Source: Myxococcales bacterium (lineage in GTDB: Bacteria; Myxococcota_A; Polyangia; Polyangiales; Polyangiaceae). From it: 64,000 bases of DNA. A model generated the notes under the pieces. It made no database searches. It saw only the letters and a list, made by a program, of their open reading frames with translations, and was not told the DNA's origin. The translations under genes were made by a program, and so were the position numbers. Shown one piece after another: positions 19,229 to 28,143 of the stretch. The DNA lies in NCBI GenBank assembly GCA_043747615.1, contig JAYTOU010000003.1, positions 32,001 to 96,000 of the forward strand. Direction: 5' to 3'. The stretch's first letter is position 1, and each line of letters starts with the position of its first letter.

Positions 19229-20758
19229 CTACTCCAAAATACCGTATTTCCCCGCAGAAGATGCAGCCGGGGGGGGCCCTGAACCAGGCGATCGGTGGGG
19301 CGGACGCCCGGTCGGACCTTTGCCCGGCGTCTTTCCGGGGGGGCGGTCGCCCGTTTTCGGGAGATTCGAGACGTCGATGGTCGGGAGGAGATCGAAGGAG
19401 CTCGCGGCCGGCGGCGCAACCTGCGCACTGGCGACGGCGCTCGGAGTTTGATTCACAACGGCGCTCGGCACAGGAGCGCTCGTCGCTGGATCGTCTCCGC
19501 GCCCGATTCGAACGCCGACCCCTACCGCCGCCGCGGTAACCGCGAGGAGAACGAGGGCGATCAGCGCGTAGCGCACAGGGCGAGAGCGTCGTCGCGCACG
19601 CCGATCCTTCGCGGTCCCTGCGCTCGTGAGATCGATGCTGGTGTCATCCTCCATCATGCGGAGGGACGGAGCCGCCGCCGGGGGCAGTGACCCGGGCAAG
19701 GATGGTCGAACGCCGCTGCTCACGGCACGCGAAAGCTCTAGCGCGCGGCCGAGCTCTTGCGACATGGCCTCTGCGTTCGCCGGCCTCTGCGCCGGGAGCT
19801 TCGCCATCGCGCGCATCATGACCTTCTCGATTTCCGGCGGGACGATCACTCCGGGGCAGACCTCGGCGATCGGCTTCGGCGCGGTCTTGATGTGCCGCGC
19901 CATGACGATGATGGCATCGTCGTCGGTGAATGGCGGACGCCCGGCCAGCATGTGATAAAGAAGGACGCCGAGAGAGTAGAGGTCGCTGCGCGCATCGAGC
20001 GGCTTCGCCTGCGCCTGCTCCGGAGACATGTAGCGCGGCGTTCCGAAGACCGTGCCGGCCTGGGTCTCGATGGCGTTGATGGCGTCCATCCCCTCGCCGA
20101 GCATCTTCGCGATCCCGAAATCGAGGACCTTTACGATCTCCTCGTTCTGGCCGCCGTGAAGGACACGCGCGTAGAAGAGGTTGTCGGGTTTGAGGTCGCG
20201 GTGCACGATTCCTTTGGCGTGTGCCTCGCTGAGAGAGCGCAGCGCTTGGCGCGCAGTGTCGACCGCCATCTCCACGGGGATGCGCTTGAGACGCTGGATG
20301 CGCGCCCCGAGGGCCTCGCCCTCCAGGAGCTCCATCGCCAAGAAAAATTCGCCGCTCTCGCTCTGCCCGAAGTCGAAGACCGTCACCGTGTGGGGCGACG
20401 CGAGCAGACTGTGAGCGCGCGCCTCGCGGAGAAACCGCGCTTTGCTTGCTTCATCGAGCGCCTTGTCGCTGCGCAAGATCTTGATGGCGACCTCGCGACC
20501 GATCGCGTCTTGGCGCGCGCGGTACACGGTTCCCATCGAGCCTGCGCCGAGCTTCGCGACGAGCGTGAATCGTCCATCGAGGACCTTGCCGACCATGGGA
20601 TCGGCGTTCTTCTCCGCCCAGTCGCGCATCCGAACGATGGGCGTCTTGTCGTTCGGGCAATGCGACGGCACGACGTCCGTCTCAGGAAATCGCCGCTCGC
20701 ATCTGGGGCATATGTAACCCGTCATGGTGCGCAGCGATGGCGCCGTCTGGTCGGGCAT
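19229..20758 (-). CDS. membrane Ser/Thr protein kinase with N-terminal zinc-ribbon
   Basis: CPRC...CPND; LGAGSMGTVY, VAIK, HRDLKPDN, DFG, GTPRYMSPE; TM helix; start uncertain (20725, 20758 or 20779). Confidence 0.93.
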   Translation of the reverse strand: MPDQTAPSLRTMTGYICPRCERRFPETDVVPSHCPNDKTPIVRMRDWAEKNADPMVGKVLDGRFTLVAKLGAGSMGTVYRARQDAIGREVAIKILRSDKALDEASKARFLREARAHSLLASPHTVTVFDFGQSESGEFFLAMELLEGEALGARIQRLKRIPVEMAVDTARQALRSLSEAHAKGIVHRDLKPDNLFYARVLHGGQNEEIVKVLDFGIAKMLGEGMDAINAIETQAGTVFGTPRYMSPEQAQAKPLDARSDLYSLGVLLYHMLAGRPPFTDDDAIIVMARHIKTAPKPIAEVCPGVIVPPEIEKVMMRAMAKLPAQRPANAEAMSQELGRALELSRAVSSGVRPSLPGSLPPAAAPSLRMMEDDTSIDLTSAGTAKDRRARRRSRPVRYALIALVLLAVTAAAVGVGVRIGRGDDPATSAPVPSAVVNQTPSAVASAQVAPPAASSFDLLPTIDVSNLPKTGDRPPGKTPGKGPTGRPPHRSPGSGPPPAASSAGKYGILE

Positions 20759-20845
20759 TCGGGCAGACGGCACTGACACGGATCCTCGGCGATAATGCTC
20801 GCACACTTGTCGGAGACGAGCCAGCACGCTCGCTCCGCACGCTTC

Positions 20846-21694
20846 CTACGGCGGCAGTCGGAGCGGCAGAACGTTGCGAGGATCGCAGACCACGCTGACG
20901 TCGCTCTCGAGGAGCTGGGCTGCGTTTTTTTTCATGACGTCCACGCCTTCGCGCACCCGGCGTGCTTCGAGATGGAGGTGCACGAGCTCCGGTGAGCCCG
21001 TGTCCCCCACGGTGCCAAGCACCTCGCCGTCCCTCAGATGCGCGCCGCGTGTGAGGCCAGGCGCGAAGCCCTCCAGATGTCCATAGAGGAGGAGGTAGTC
21101 CCGGAGCTGCCCTCCTTCGCGAAGGGTGTGGCGCGTGAGCACGGTGAGCCCGAAGAGTGGTCCCGCGTAGACGACGTCCGCGTCTCCTTGCTGATGCTCG
21201 AGGGCCACGACCGTGATGGCAGTGCCTTTCTTCTGCGGCAAATCGAGCCCGCCGTGACCAACCGCGTGGATCTTTCGGCCCCGCCTCTGCGCCGGATCTG
21301 GCAGATCGAGATCGTAACCACTGAGCACCGAGTGGCCTCCCGCGAGGCCGGGCGGAATCGGATAACGGTACGCGTCGTAGTCCTTCGGACGATCGGGCCT
21401 GCGCGGGATCTGATCGTAGATCGACCAGCGACCCGAGCGCTCGCGATGCGCGTTCGGGCTCACGGTCACGTCGCTGCCTTCGTCTTCGCCGTCCGTGTCC
21501 GGCAGATGCACGCAGACCTCGCCGTCGGGGAGCATGCCTTCCGCGCATCGCGCCTCCGAAATCGCCGGGAGGCCCGAGGGTGCGGCATCTGCCAAGCCGA
21601 CGTGAAGCGGCCTCGACGGCGACGCACCCGCGCCCAGCGTCGCCACCACCGACGCAAAAAGCGAACCTGCCGCGAGTCTCTGCACGTGCCCCAA
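20846..21694 (-). CDS. M23-family metallopeptidase
   Basis: HGGLD (HxxxD), YGHL, VGDTG, HLHLE (HxH); N-terminal signal/anchor. Confidence 0.88.
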   Translation of the reverse strand: MGHVQRLAAGSLFASVVATLGAGASPSRPLHVGLADAAPSGLPAISEARCAEGMLPDGEVCVHLPDTDGEDEGSDVTVSPNAHRERSGRWSIYDQIPRRPDRPKDYDAYRYPIPPGLAGGHSVLSGYDLDLPDPAQRRGRKIHAVGHGGLDLPQKKGTAITVVALEHQQGDADVVYAGPLFGLTVLTRHTLREGGQLRDYLLLYGHLEGFAPGLTRGAHLRDGEVLGTVGDTGSPELVHLHLEARRVREGVDVMKKNAAQLLESDVSVVCDPRNVLPLRLPP

Positions 21695-21732
21695 GGTATT
21701 CCCGGGGCACGCACGTGTGTTAGTGATGCTTT

Positions 21733-22416
21733 GTGGAAGCTACGAAAACAGAGCCCGGGCGTCTTCTCTCCAAGCTTTTCGACGCGGAACGATCCGTTCG
21801 AAAATTTCACGCAGAGATCGCCGCCGTCGATCAGCCGAAGCTCATCGAAGCGGCGAGCGCGGCAGTCGACGAGGCGATGGCCCTAGTCGATCACGATGAG
21901 ATGGCCCTTCGTCTCGTGCGTTTGTCGGACGTGCTCGCCGATCTGCATGGCCCGAAGGTGGTCGACCTTCTCATTCGCATTCTCGGCTGCGAAGAGCCCG
22001 AGGCGCGGCACTCCGCCGGTGAAGCGCTTGAGGGCCTGGCCTTCGATCGTTTCAAAGAAGTCGCGCTCGGAATCGAACGCGCGATCGAAACACTTCCTTC
22101 CGGGAGCCCATCGTTGTCCGAGCTTCCCTACCTCCTCGCGGAAGTCCCGGAACCAGGCGTGCTTCGCTTGCTCGGTCTGTTCTTGAAGCACAAAGATCCC
22201 GAGGCAGTGGCCGCCGCGGTCGAGTCACTCGTCGAGTACGGCGAGCCCGCAGGCGCGGGTCTTCTCACTGCGCTCCTCAGCGACAAGCGCGAAGTGCAGC
22301 TCGAAGACGACCTCGGTGACGAGGGGAAAATCAGCATCGGCGAGCTCGCCACGGAAGCGCGCGATTTCCTCGTCGAGCTCGAGCGCGGGGGAAAGAAGAC
22401 GGTCGAGCGCTCGTGA
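21733..22416 (+). CDS. HEAT-repeat protein
   Basis: Repeats such as ILGCEEPEARHSAGEAL and FLKHKDPEAVAAAVESL. Confidence 0.8.
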   Translation: MEATKTEPGRLLSKLFDAERSVRKFHAEIAAVDQPKLIEAASAAVDEAMALVDHDEMALRLVRLSDVLADLHGPKVVDLLIRILGCEEPEARHSAGEALEGLAFDRFKEVALGIERAIETLPSGSPSLSELPYLLAEVPEPGVLRLLGLFLKHKDPEAVAAAVESLVEYGEPAGAGLLTALLSDKREVQLEDDLGDEGKISIGELATEARDFLVELERGGKKTVERS

Positions 22417-22442
22417 GCTGGTGAGCTGTCAGGCCTCTGGCC

Positions 22443-23339
22443 TCAGGGCTTGCACGTCCCGTTGTCGCGGTCGCAGTTCGGGGCCGTTCTCGGGCAATCG
22501 CGATCGTTGATGCACTGCGCGCAGAACCCCTTGTCCGGGTCGCACACGGGAGAACCCGCAGGACAGTCGGTGTTCACGGCGCACTGGACGCACTTGCTGT
22601 CTTTGCCGCACACCTTCGTAGACGTGCCCGCGCAGTCCGCGTTTCCGAGGCACTGCACGCAGCTCGAGGTCATCGTGTTGCACTTCGGTGCGGAAGCGGC
22701 GCACTGGGCGTCCGTCGTGCATCCCGTGCGGCACTGGAATTCGCGCGGATCGCAGAACGGGGCGGATGCGCCGCAGTCCGCGTTCGAGAGGCATGCCACG
22801 CATTTGTGATCGCCGATGAAGCACCGCGGCTGCCCTCCCCCGCAGTCCGCGTTCGAGGCGCATTCGACGCACTGCTGCGACGTCGGATCACAGATCTTCG
22901 CCGACGACGGGCAGTCCGCAGCGACGTTGCAACCAACGCAGACGCCCGTAGTGGAGTTGCAGATCGCCGCCCCGCGCGGACACGTTGCGTTGCTCGCGCA
23001 TGACGTGTGGCACGTATGATCTTGGGGGAAGCATGACTGGCCGGCTGCGCAGTCTCCGTTCGTTTGGCATGCGGCGCACTGGCCCTGGACGCAGAATTTG
23101 GTCGATGCGGGGCAGGTGGCGCCGCTCGTGCACTCGACGCACCCGAGTGCCGGGTCGCACTGCTTCGCCGCGCCGCACGTATTCGTCCCGTTTGGTCCGC
23201 AAAGCGCGCTTCCGCCGCCCGGCCCTCCGTTCGGCCCCCCGCCGATCGTCGCGCCGGTACTTCCGCCGCAGGCGATCACGGTGGCGATGCCGACCGCTGC
23301 AAACCCGACCCAACTCCACGCCGTACTCGATGAACGCAT
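22443..23339 (-). CDS. lipoprotein with ~10 Myxococcales-type Cys-rich repeats (CVxCxxxxDC)
   Basis: Lipobox VIAC; repeats CVECTSGATC, CVGCNVAADC, CVECASNADC, CVACLSNADC, CVQCLGNADC etc.; AAGGAGG RBS. Confidence 0.85.
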   Translation of the reverse strand: MRSSSTAWSWVGFAAVGIATVIACGGSTGATIGGGPNGGPGGGSALCGPNGTNTCGAAKQCDPALGCVECTSGATCPASTKFCVQGQCAACQTNGDCAAGQSCFPQDHTCHTSCASNATCPRGAAICNSTTGVCVGCNVAADCPSSAKICDPTSQQCVECASNADCGGGQPRCFIGDHKCVACLSNADCGASAPFCDPREFQCRTGCTTDAQCAASAPKCNTMTSSCVQCLGNADCAGTSTKVCGKDSKCVQCAVNTDCPAGSPVCDPDKGFCAQCINDRDCPRTAPNCDRDNGTCKP

Positions 23340-23361
23340 GAAACCTCCTTGCCAAGAAAAG

Positions 23362-23382
23362 AAAAAAAACGCGGCCGAAGCC
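23362..23382 (-). terminator. weak hairpin + U-tract between two lipoprotein genes
   Basis: Minus strand GGC-TTCG-GCC-GCG-T8; only a 3-bp stem, with a UUCG tetraloop. Confidence 0.3.
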
Positions 23383-23389
23383 TAAGAAG

Positions 23390-24055
23390 TTAGTGAGCGA
23401 TCCCGCCGCAAGTCCCGAAGCTGTTGGCGAGCCCCCAGTCACCGATGTTGTTGTTCGAGCACGTGCCGGCGTCTGCGCCGCAGCCCGTCGGCGTAGCGGC
23501 AGGATCGCAGAGCTGCGCCTCCTTGCCTCCTGCGGGATTGCACGCTGCGTGGCAGGCGGATGACAGAACGTTGTTCATGTCGACGACGCAACAGACTGTG
23601 CCCATCGGGCAATTAGCCGCGCCGCTACAGGTCAGCTCCGTCGGCTTGTTCGCGCCACCCCCGCCGCCCGCTGCTGGACAGCTGGCGCCCGTCGCGCACA
23701 GATACGAGAAATCGGGCGGAGGATTTTGAACGGGATAAGCGCAGCACCTATCCGATGGGATCGCGCAGGTCGCCGTCCCGCAAGGGAGCGAGGTCAGGTT
23801 GCCACCCGGTCCGGCATCGGCGGGTGTGCCCCCGTCTTGGGTCGCGGATCCGTCCGCGGAGGAGTCCCCGGAGCCGACCGCGCCGTCGTTTGTGGCGGCT
23901 CCCTCTGCTGCGCCGTCGCCCGCTGCGCCGTCGCCCGCGCCGCCATCGGCGACACCCAAGTCCACCGCGCTTGACCCTCCACACGCCATCCAGAGGGAGG
24001 CAGGGCCGATCGAGATCACGGTCAACCACACAAGCTTATTGAGACGTACATTCAT
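23390..24055 (-). CDS. Cys-rich lipoprotein, hypothetical
   Basis: AGGAG RBS before ATG 24055; WMAC lipobox-like site; DGG/DAG linker; CG...C...CC...C...CSGAANC...VCC. Confidence 0.8.
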   Translation of the reverse strand: MNVRLNKLVWLTVISIGPASLWMACGGSSAVDLGVADGGAGDGAAGDGAAEGAATNDGAVGSGDSSADGSATQDGGTPADAGPGGNLTSLPCGTATCAIPSDRCCAYPVQNPPPDFSYLCATGASCPAAGGGGGANKPTELTCSGAANCPMGTVCCVVDMNNVLSSACHAACNPAGGKEAQLCDPAATPTGCGADAGTCSNNNIGDWGLANSFGTCGGIAH

Positions 24056-24094
24056 GGTGACTCCTAAGGGGGCGCAGACTCGTTGCTGGTGATC

Positions 24095-24125
24095 GTTAGT
24101 GGCGCAGGCCCCCGTCGAAGATACA
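24095..24125 (-). promoter_or_regulatory. putative ECF-sigma promoter for the lipoprotein genes
   Basis: TGTATC-N17-CCACTAAC, preceded by a T-tract. Confidence 0.65.
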
Positions 24126-24139
24126 AAAAAGAAATGCGC

Positions 24140-24170
24140 TGCAACCTTGGTGAGGCGCGGGCCCACTAAC
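24140..24170 (+). promoter_or_regulatory. putative ECF-sigma autoregulatory promoter
   Basis: TGCAAC-N17-CCACTAAC, ending 5 nt before GTG 24176. Confidence 0.65.
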
Positions 24171-24175
24171 CTAAG

Positions 24176-24787
24176 GTGGGAAACGTGATTGCTCTGCGAC
24201 CGCTCGAGGACCCTGCCCTCGCCGCGCGCTGCGTCGCGGGTGAGCGAAGCGCACAGCGCGAGCTCTTCGATCGCCACCGCCGCCACATACACGCCACGCT
24301 CTATCGCATCCTGGGCTCGAACGGCGACATGCAGGATCTCGTGCAGGAGGCGTTCTTGGAGATTTTTCGATCGCTCCACGGGTTTCGCGGCGACGCATCG
24401 CTCTCGACGTGGCTCGATCGGATCGCGACGCGCGTCGCGTATGCCTACATCCGGCGACGCCCGCCCCAGGCTGCGCGTCTGGAGCTCGTGCCCGAGACCG
24501 CGTCCGGGGATCCTTCGGCCGAGGACCGAGCGATGGCGCGGGACGCAGCGCGGCGGCTCTACGCAGTCTTGGATCGGATCGAAGCGAGGCAGCGAATCGC
24601 CTTCACCCTTCACGTCATCGACGGACGTCTACTTCAAGAGGTCGCGCAGGTCATGGAATCTTCGCTTGTCCTTACGAAGACGCGCGTTTGGCGGGCGACG
24701 CGCGAAGTCGAAAAGCGCGCGCGGAGAGATCCGATGCTCGCGGGATTTCTCCACACCGAGACCGACGTGAAGAAGAAGAAGGGATAG
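24176..24787 (+). CDS. ECF RNA polymerase sigma factor (sigma-70 family)
   Basis: DLVQEAFLEIFRSLHGFRGDASLSTWLDRIA (region 2); region 4 EVAQVM...KTRVWRA. Confidence 0.93.
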   Translation: MGNVIALRPLEDPALAARCVAGERSAQRELFDRHRRHIHATLYRILGSNGDMQDLVQEAFLEIFRSLHGFRGDASLSTWLDRIATRVAYAYIRRRPPQAARLELVPETASGDPSAEDRAMARDAARRLYAVLDRIEARQRIAFTLHVIDGRLLQEVAQVMESSLVLTKTRVWRATREVEKRARRDPMLAGFLHTETDVKKKKG

Positions 24788-24793
24788 CCGAAG

Positions 24794-25744
24794 ATGTCTC
24801 TCCGAAAAAAACCCGAGATCGAGCCCCTCGACGCGGCCACGTGGGCGCGAATCGAGGGCGACCTGTTCGACGAGCTCGAGCAGCGGAAGACGGAGGGCGG
24901 TGCGCTAAATGAACCGCGGTCATCGCGGTGGCGTCGGGCGGTCGCGTTCGCGGTGGCCGTGGCGGCGGCCGTGGCGATCGGCTTTGCCGCGCAAGGTCGA
25001 TCGCAGCCTCGAGCTCCGATCTCGAGCGCCGTCACGCTCGGGATCCCGTCACGGATCGTCACCTACGGCGACGGATCGCACTTCGAGGTGAGCGGCGCGG
25101 CGCTCGACGTGAGTCCCGAGGCGACCCTGCTCGTCAGCGGAGACGACGAGCACGGCCTCTTGGTGGTTCTCGATCGCGGGAGCGTTACGTGCGAGGTGGC
25201 GCCGCGCGCCGGTCGGCCGCCTTTCGTCGTCCAGGCCGGAGACGTCAACGTGAGGGTCATCGGCACTCATTTCACGGTTCGACGCACTGGCGATTCCGGC
25301 GGAGTTCAGGTGGATCGCGGAGTCGTCGAAGTCAGGGCACGCGGCGAGGTCACGCTCGTTCGCGCCGGGGCGAGCTGGCCACCGCCGCCGAGCCCGGTCC
25401 TCACCGAGTCAAACCCTGTGGGACGCGCCGCGAACGACGTTCCCGACCGCGACCCAGCGCCTGGCCCGCGATCGTCCGTCACCTCAAAGCCGCCGTCGCT
25501 TCAAGAGCTCTACGAAACGGCGACGGCTTTCGAAGGGCGTCGCCCGGATCGGTCCATCGCGATCTACAAAGAGATTGCGAAGGGCAACGGACCTTGGGCC
25601 GCGAACGCGCTCTTTGCCCAAGGCCGTCTCGAGGCCGATCGAGGGCATCGCGCTGAGGCACGCATCCTCCTATCGGAATACTTGAAACGTTTTTCGCGGG
25701 GAGCAAACGCCGAAGACGCGCGCCAACTTCTCGAGCGACTTTGA
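24794..25744 (+). CDS. FecR-domain anti-sigma factor with C-terminal TPR
   Basis: Single TM; LDRG...EV.PR..RPPFVVQAGDVNVRVIGTHFTV (FecR); C-terminal ALFAQGRL...YLKRF..G.NAEDA TPR. Confidence 0.88.
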   Translation: MSLRKKPEIEPLDAATWARIEGDLFDELEQRKTEGGALNEPRSSRWRRAVAFAVAVAAAVAIGFAAQGRSQPRAPISSAVTLGIPSRIVTYGDGSHFEVSGAALDVSPEATLLVSGDDEHGLLVVLDRGSVTCEVAPRAGRPPFVVQAGDVNVRVIGTHFTVRRTGDSGGVQVDRGVVEVRARGEVTLVRAGASWPPPPSPVLTESNPVGRAANDVPDRDPAPGPRSSVTSKPPSLQELYETATAFEGRRPDRSIAIYKEIAKGNGPWAANALFAQGRLEADRGHRAEARILLSEYLKRFSRGANAEDARQLLERL

Positions 25745-25780
25745 GGTTTCGAGTAACGCGTTCATCATGCGCCCGAGATC

Positions 25781-26866
25781 ATGACGTGGAGGTGGACGCG
25801 CATCCGGCGGGCTTGTTTCGTCGTGCTCGTGGCCGTCACGACGACGCCGACCATCGCGCGCGCCGAGGGCCGTCGCGTGGTCGTGACGAACGGAGATCCG
25901 CTTCTCGTCAAAGCGATTTCGCGTTCCCTCTCCCCGTGGGGGCTGGAGATCGTTGTGGTCACCGGGCCGGCATTCGAGCAGGACATTCGTGGTGCCGTGT
26001 CCCGCGCGCGCGAGACGGCGGCGGACGCGCATGCTGTGGCTGTCGTGTGGACGGCGCCGACCGTGAACGAGGGGGCGGCCGAATCGCTCTGGGTTTACGA
26101 CGCCGCGACCGAGCAGGTCGTCGTGCGCCCGCTCAGCGCGTCGCCTCCGTTCGACATGCCGATGGCGGCGTCGATCGCTCTTTCGGTGAAGACCGTACTC
26201 CGGTCGACGACGGTCGCGCCGCCGGGGGAGCAAACCGCGTCGCCGCCCGCCGTCGCCCCCGTTGCCTCGCCAGCCCCCGTTCTGCCCCCCGCGTTCGTTG
26301 CGTCCGCGGCAGGTGGCGTGCTCGCACGTCCGGCCGATCAGCGCTGGCGCATTCGCCTCGAAGCGGCTTTCGGCCTCCGCGTCCTCGCGAGCGATCCTGC
26401 TCGCATCGAGCCACGCGCGGGGCTCGCCGTCAGCGTCTGGCCCGCCGGGCAGCGAGCGAACGTCGGTGTCGCGCTCGGGGTCGTAAGCAGCACGGGCGTC
26501 CCGATCGATCGCGCGACCTTCACGGGAACGTTCATGGATACGGCGCTCGGACTGGCCGGAAGATATCGCATTCCCCTTCACGTGCTCTACGTCGAGCTTG
26601 CGGCCGGAGCGAGCGCCCACTTCACGAGCATTCGCGGCAACGACGCGATCTCGGGTGCTCGCGCGGGGACGAGCCGCGTCAACTCGTCGCTCGACACGAG
26701 CGCGGTCGTTGCCCTCCCGCTGAGCGCGCGGGTCGATCTCGCCCTCGTCTTTCAGCTCTCGTATCTCCTTCGATACCAAAGCTATTCACTGTCGGCGGCA
26801 CCGGTGTTCGCGCTGTCCCCGTTCGAGCCAAGCACGTCGCTTCGGTTCGCCGTGACCTTCGACTGA
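25781..26866 (+). CDS. secreted protein with probable C-terminal outer-membrane beta-barrel
   Basis: Signal peptide ending ARA; alpha/beta N-domain, Pro linker, amphipathic beta-strands ending LRFAVTFD. Confidence 0.65.
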   Translation: MTWRWTRIRRACFVVLVAVTTTPTIARAEGRRVVVTNGDPLLVKAISRSLSPWGLEIVVVTGPAFEQDIRGAVSRARETAADAHAVAVVWTAPTVNEGAAESLWVYDAATEQVVVRPLSASPPFDMPMAASIALSVKTVLRSTTVAPPGEQTASPPAVAPVASPAPVLPPAFVASAAGGVLARPADQRWRIRLEAAFGLRVLASDPARIEPRAGLAVSVWPAGQRANVGVALGVVSSTGVPIDRATFTGTFMDTALGLAGRYRIPLHVLYVELAAGASAHFTSIRGNDAISGARAGTSRVNSSLDTSAVVALPLSARVDLALVFQLSYLLRYQSYSLSAAPVFALSPFEPSTSLRFAVTFD

Positions 26867-26874
26867 GCTGACCC

Positions 26875-27000
26875 ATGGACCATCTCTTCGCTTCCTTCGA
26901 AGAAGGGCGCCACTGCAACGGAGCGGGCGATTGCTGCAGCAGCCGTTGCGAGGGGAACCCATCGAAGTGCCGCGCGGCGTGCGCGTCGGTCAGCCACTGA
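26875..27000 (+). CDS. 41-aa Cys-rich micro-ORF or gene remnant
   Basis: MDHLFASFEEGRHCNGAGDCCSSRCEGNPSKCRAACASVSH*; below the ORF-track cut-off; fills the intergenic gap. Confidence 0.4.
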   Translation: MDHLFASFEEGRHCNGAGDCCSSRCEGNPSKCRAACASVSH

Positions 27001-27021
27001 CCCCCGCATCCCGAGCGAGGG

Positions 27022-28113
27022 CTACCGGCAGAAGCCGTCGACGCAAATCAAGGAGGGGTTCGCGCAGTTGTGGCCTTGCGTGGGATCGCACTCCGTCCCG
27101 AGATTCGAGCTGGATCCGCACACCTGGTATGAGCCGCTCGACGTCGTGACGGACTTGCAGACGTTGAACTTGTCGGCGTTCCTGCACGCGCTCGCACCGC
27201 CGTCTGCGCTGCAACCGATGTAGCAGCTGTGATGGAGGCAGAGGCTTCCCGGAGCGCAGTCGACGCCAGGGCCGTCGGCGTTGCAGATGAACTGCGGTTT
27301 CTGGTCGGGGATGCAGCCTCCATCGACGCAGATGAGGCCGGTCGAGCAGGTGTTGCCCGCGCCGCACGGAGTAACGCAGTGCTGATCGACGCAGGTAGTC
27401 GTGCTGCTGCAAGACGTGCCGCCCGCGCCGCACGGCATGGGATTGACGGAGCAGACGCCCTTGCTCGCATCGCAGGCGTAGCCCGTGGGGCAAGGGTTCG
27501 CGGCGCTGCACGACGGAGTGCAAACACCTTGCACGCACTGCTCGCTGTTCGGACATTGCGTTGCGTCCGAGCACTGATCGGCCGGGGCTACGCAGGCGCC
27601 GTTCAAGCATTTCGCGCCCGCGCCGAGGGAGGAGCACGCCGAGTCGCTCGTGCATCCGGTGAAGGCGCCGCCGTCCCTCGAGCCGCCGACGCACTGGAGC
27701 GTTCCTCCGGCAAGCTTGCACTGGTAGCCTGACGGGCAACCCGAGCTCGAGCAGTCGCCGGTGTGGCACTTGTCGTCCGTGCCGCAGTTCTGACCGCTCG
27801 CGCAATCGCCGGGCTGGGTGCAGGAGGCGGGGTTTGGGGGGGTGGGGCCGCCGGTCATGCAGATGTTGTTGTTGCACGACGCTCCACTCGGACAGTCGTA
27901 GGTGGAGGTGCAGCTCCAGGCCGAGCATTGGCTCGAATAGAAGCCGTTCGGGCAGTCGTAGCAGGTGGCGTCGTAGGACGACGAACCGGACGTTAGGTCG
28001 TAGCCGCGGGTGGCGCAGTCGCGCGAGCTCCGGCTATCCCCATAAATCGGACAGCCACCCAGAACTGCGACCGAGAACGCGAACAGCCCAAAACCAAGAA
28101 CTCGCTTCACCAT
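27022..28113 (-). CDS. Cys-rich repeat lipoprotein
   Basis: Lipobox LGGC; repeated C....DC..G..C....C modules. Confidence 0.82.
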   Translation of the reverse strand: MVKRVLGFGLFAFSVAVLGGCPIYGDSRSSRDCATRGYDLTSGSSSYDATCYDCPNGFYSSQCSAWSCTSTYDCPSGASCNNNICMTGGPTPPNPASCTQPGDCASGQNCGTDDKCHTGDCSSSGCPSGYQCKLAGGTLQCVGGSRDGGAFTGCTSDSACSSLGAGAKCLNGACVAPADQCSDATQCPNSEQCVQGVCTPSCSAANPCPTGYACDASKGVCSVNPMPCGAGGTSCSSTTTCVDQHCVTPCGAGNTCSTGLICVDGGCIPDQKPQFICNADGPGVDCAPGSLCLHHSCYIGCSADGGASACRNADKFNVCKSVTTSSGSYQVCGSSSNLGTECDPTQGHNCANPSLICVDGFCR

Positions 28114-28127
28114 GACTTCATGACCTT

Positions 28128-28143
28128 AGCAACGCGTGTGCCC
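28128..28143 (-). promoter_or_regulatory. putative sigma-54 promoter
   Basis: Minus strand GGGCACA-CGCG-TTGCT, near-consensus -24/-12, 14 nt before ATG 28113. Confidence 0.7.

Noticed and set aside
23389..23419. Third copy of the ECF -10 motif (TCACTAAC) at the stop of the 23390 gene
   Set aside because: The matching -35 position reads TTCGGG, not TGyAwC, and the match is explained by His-stop codons.
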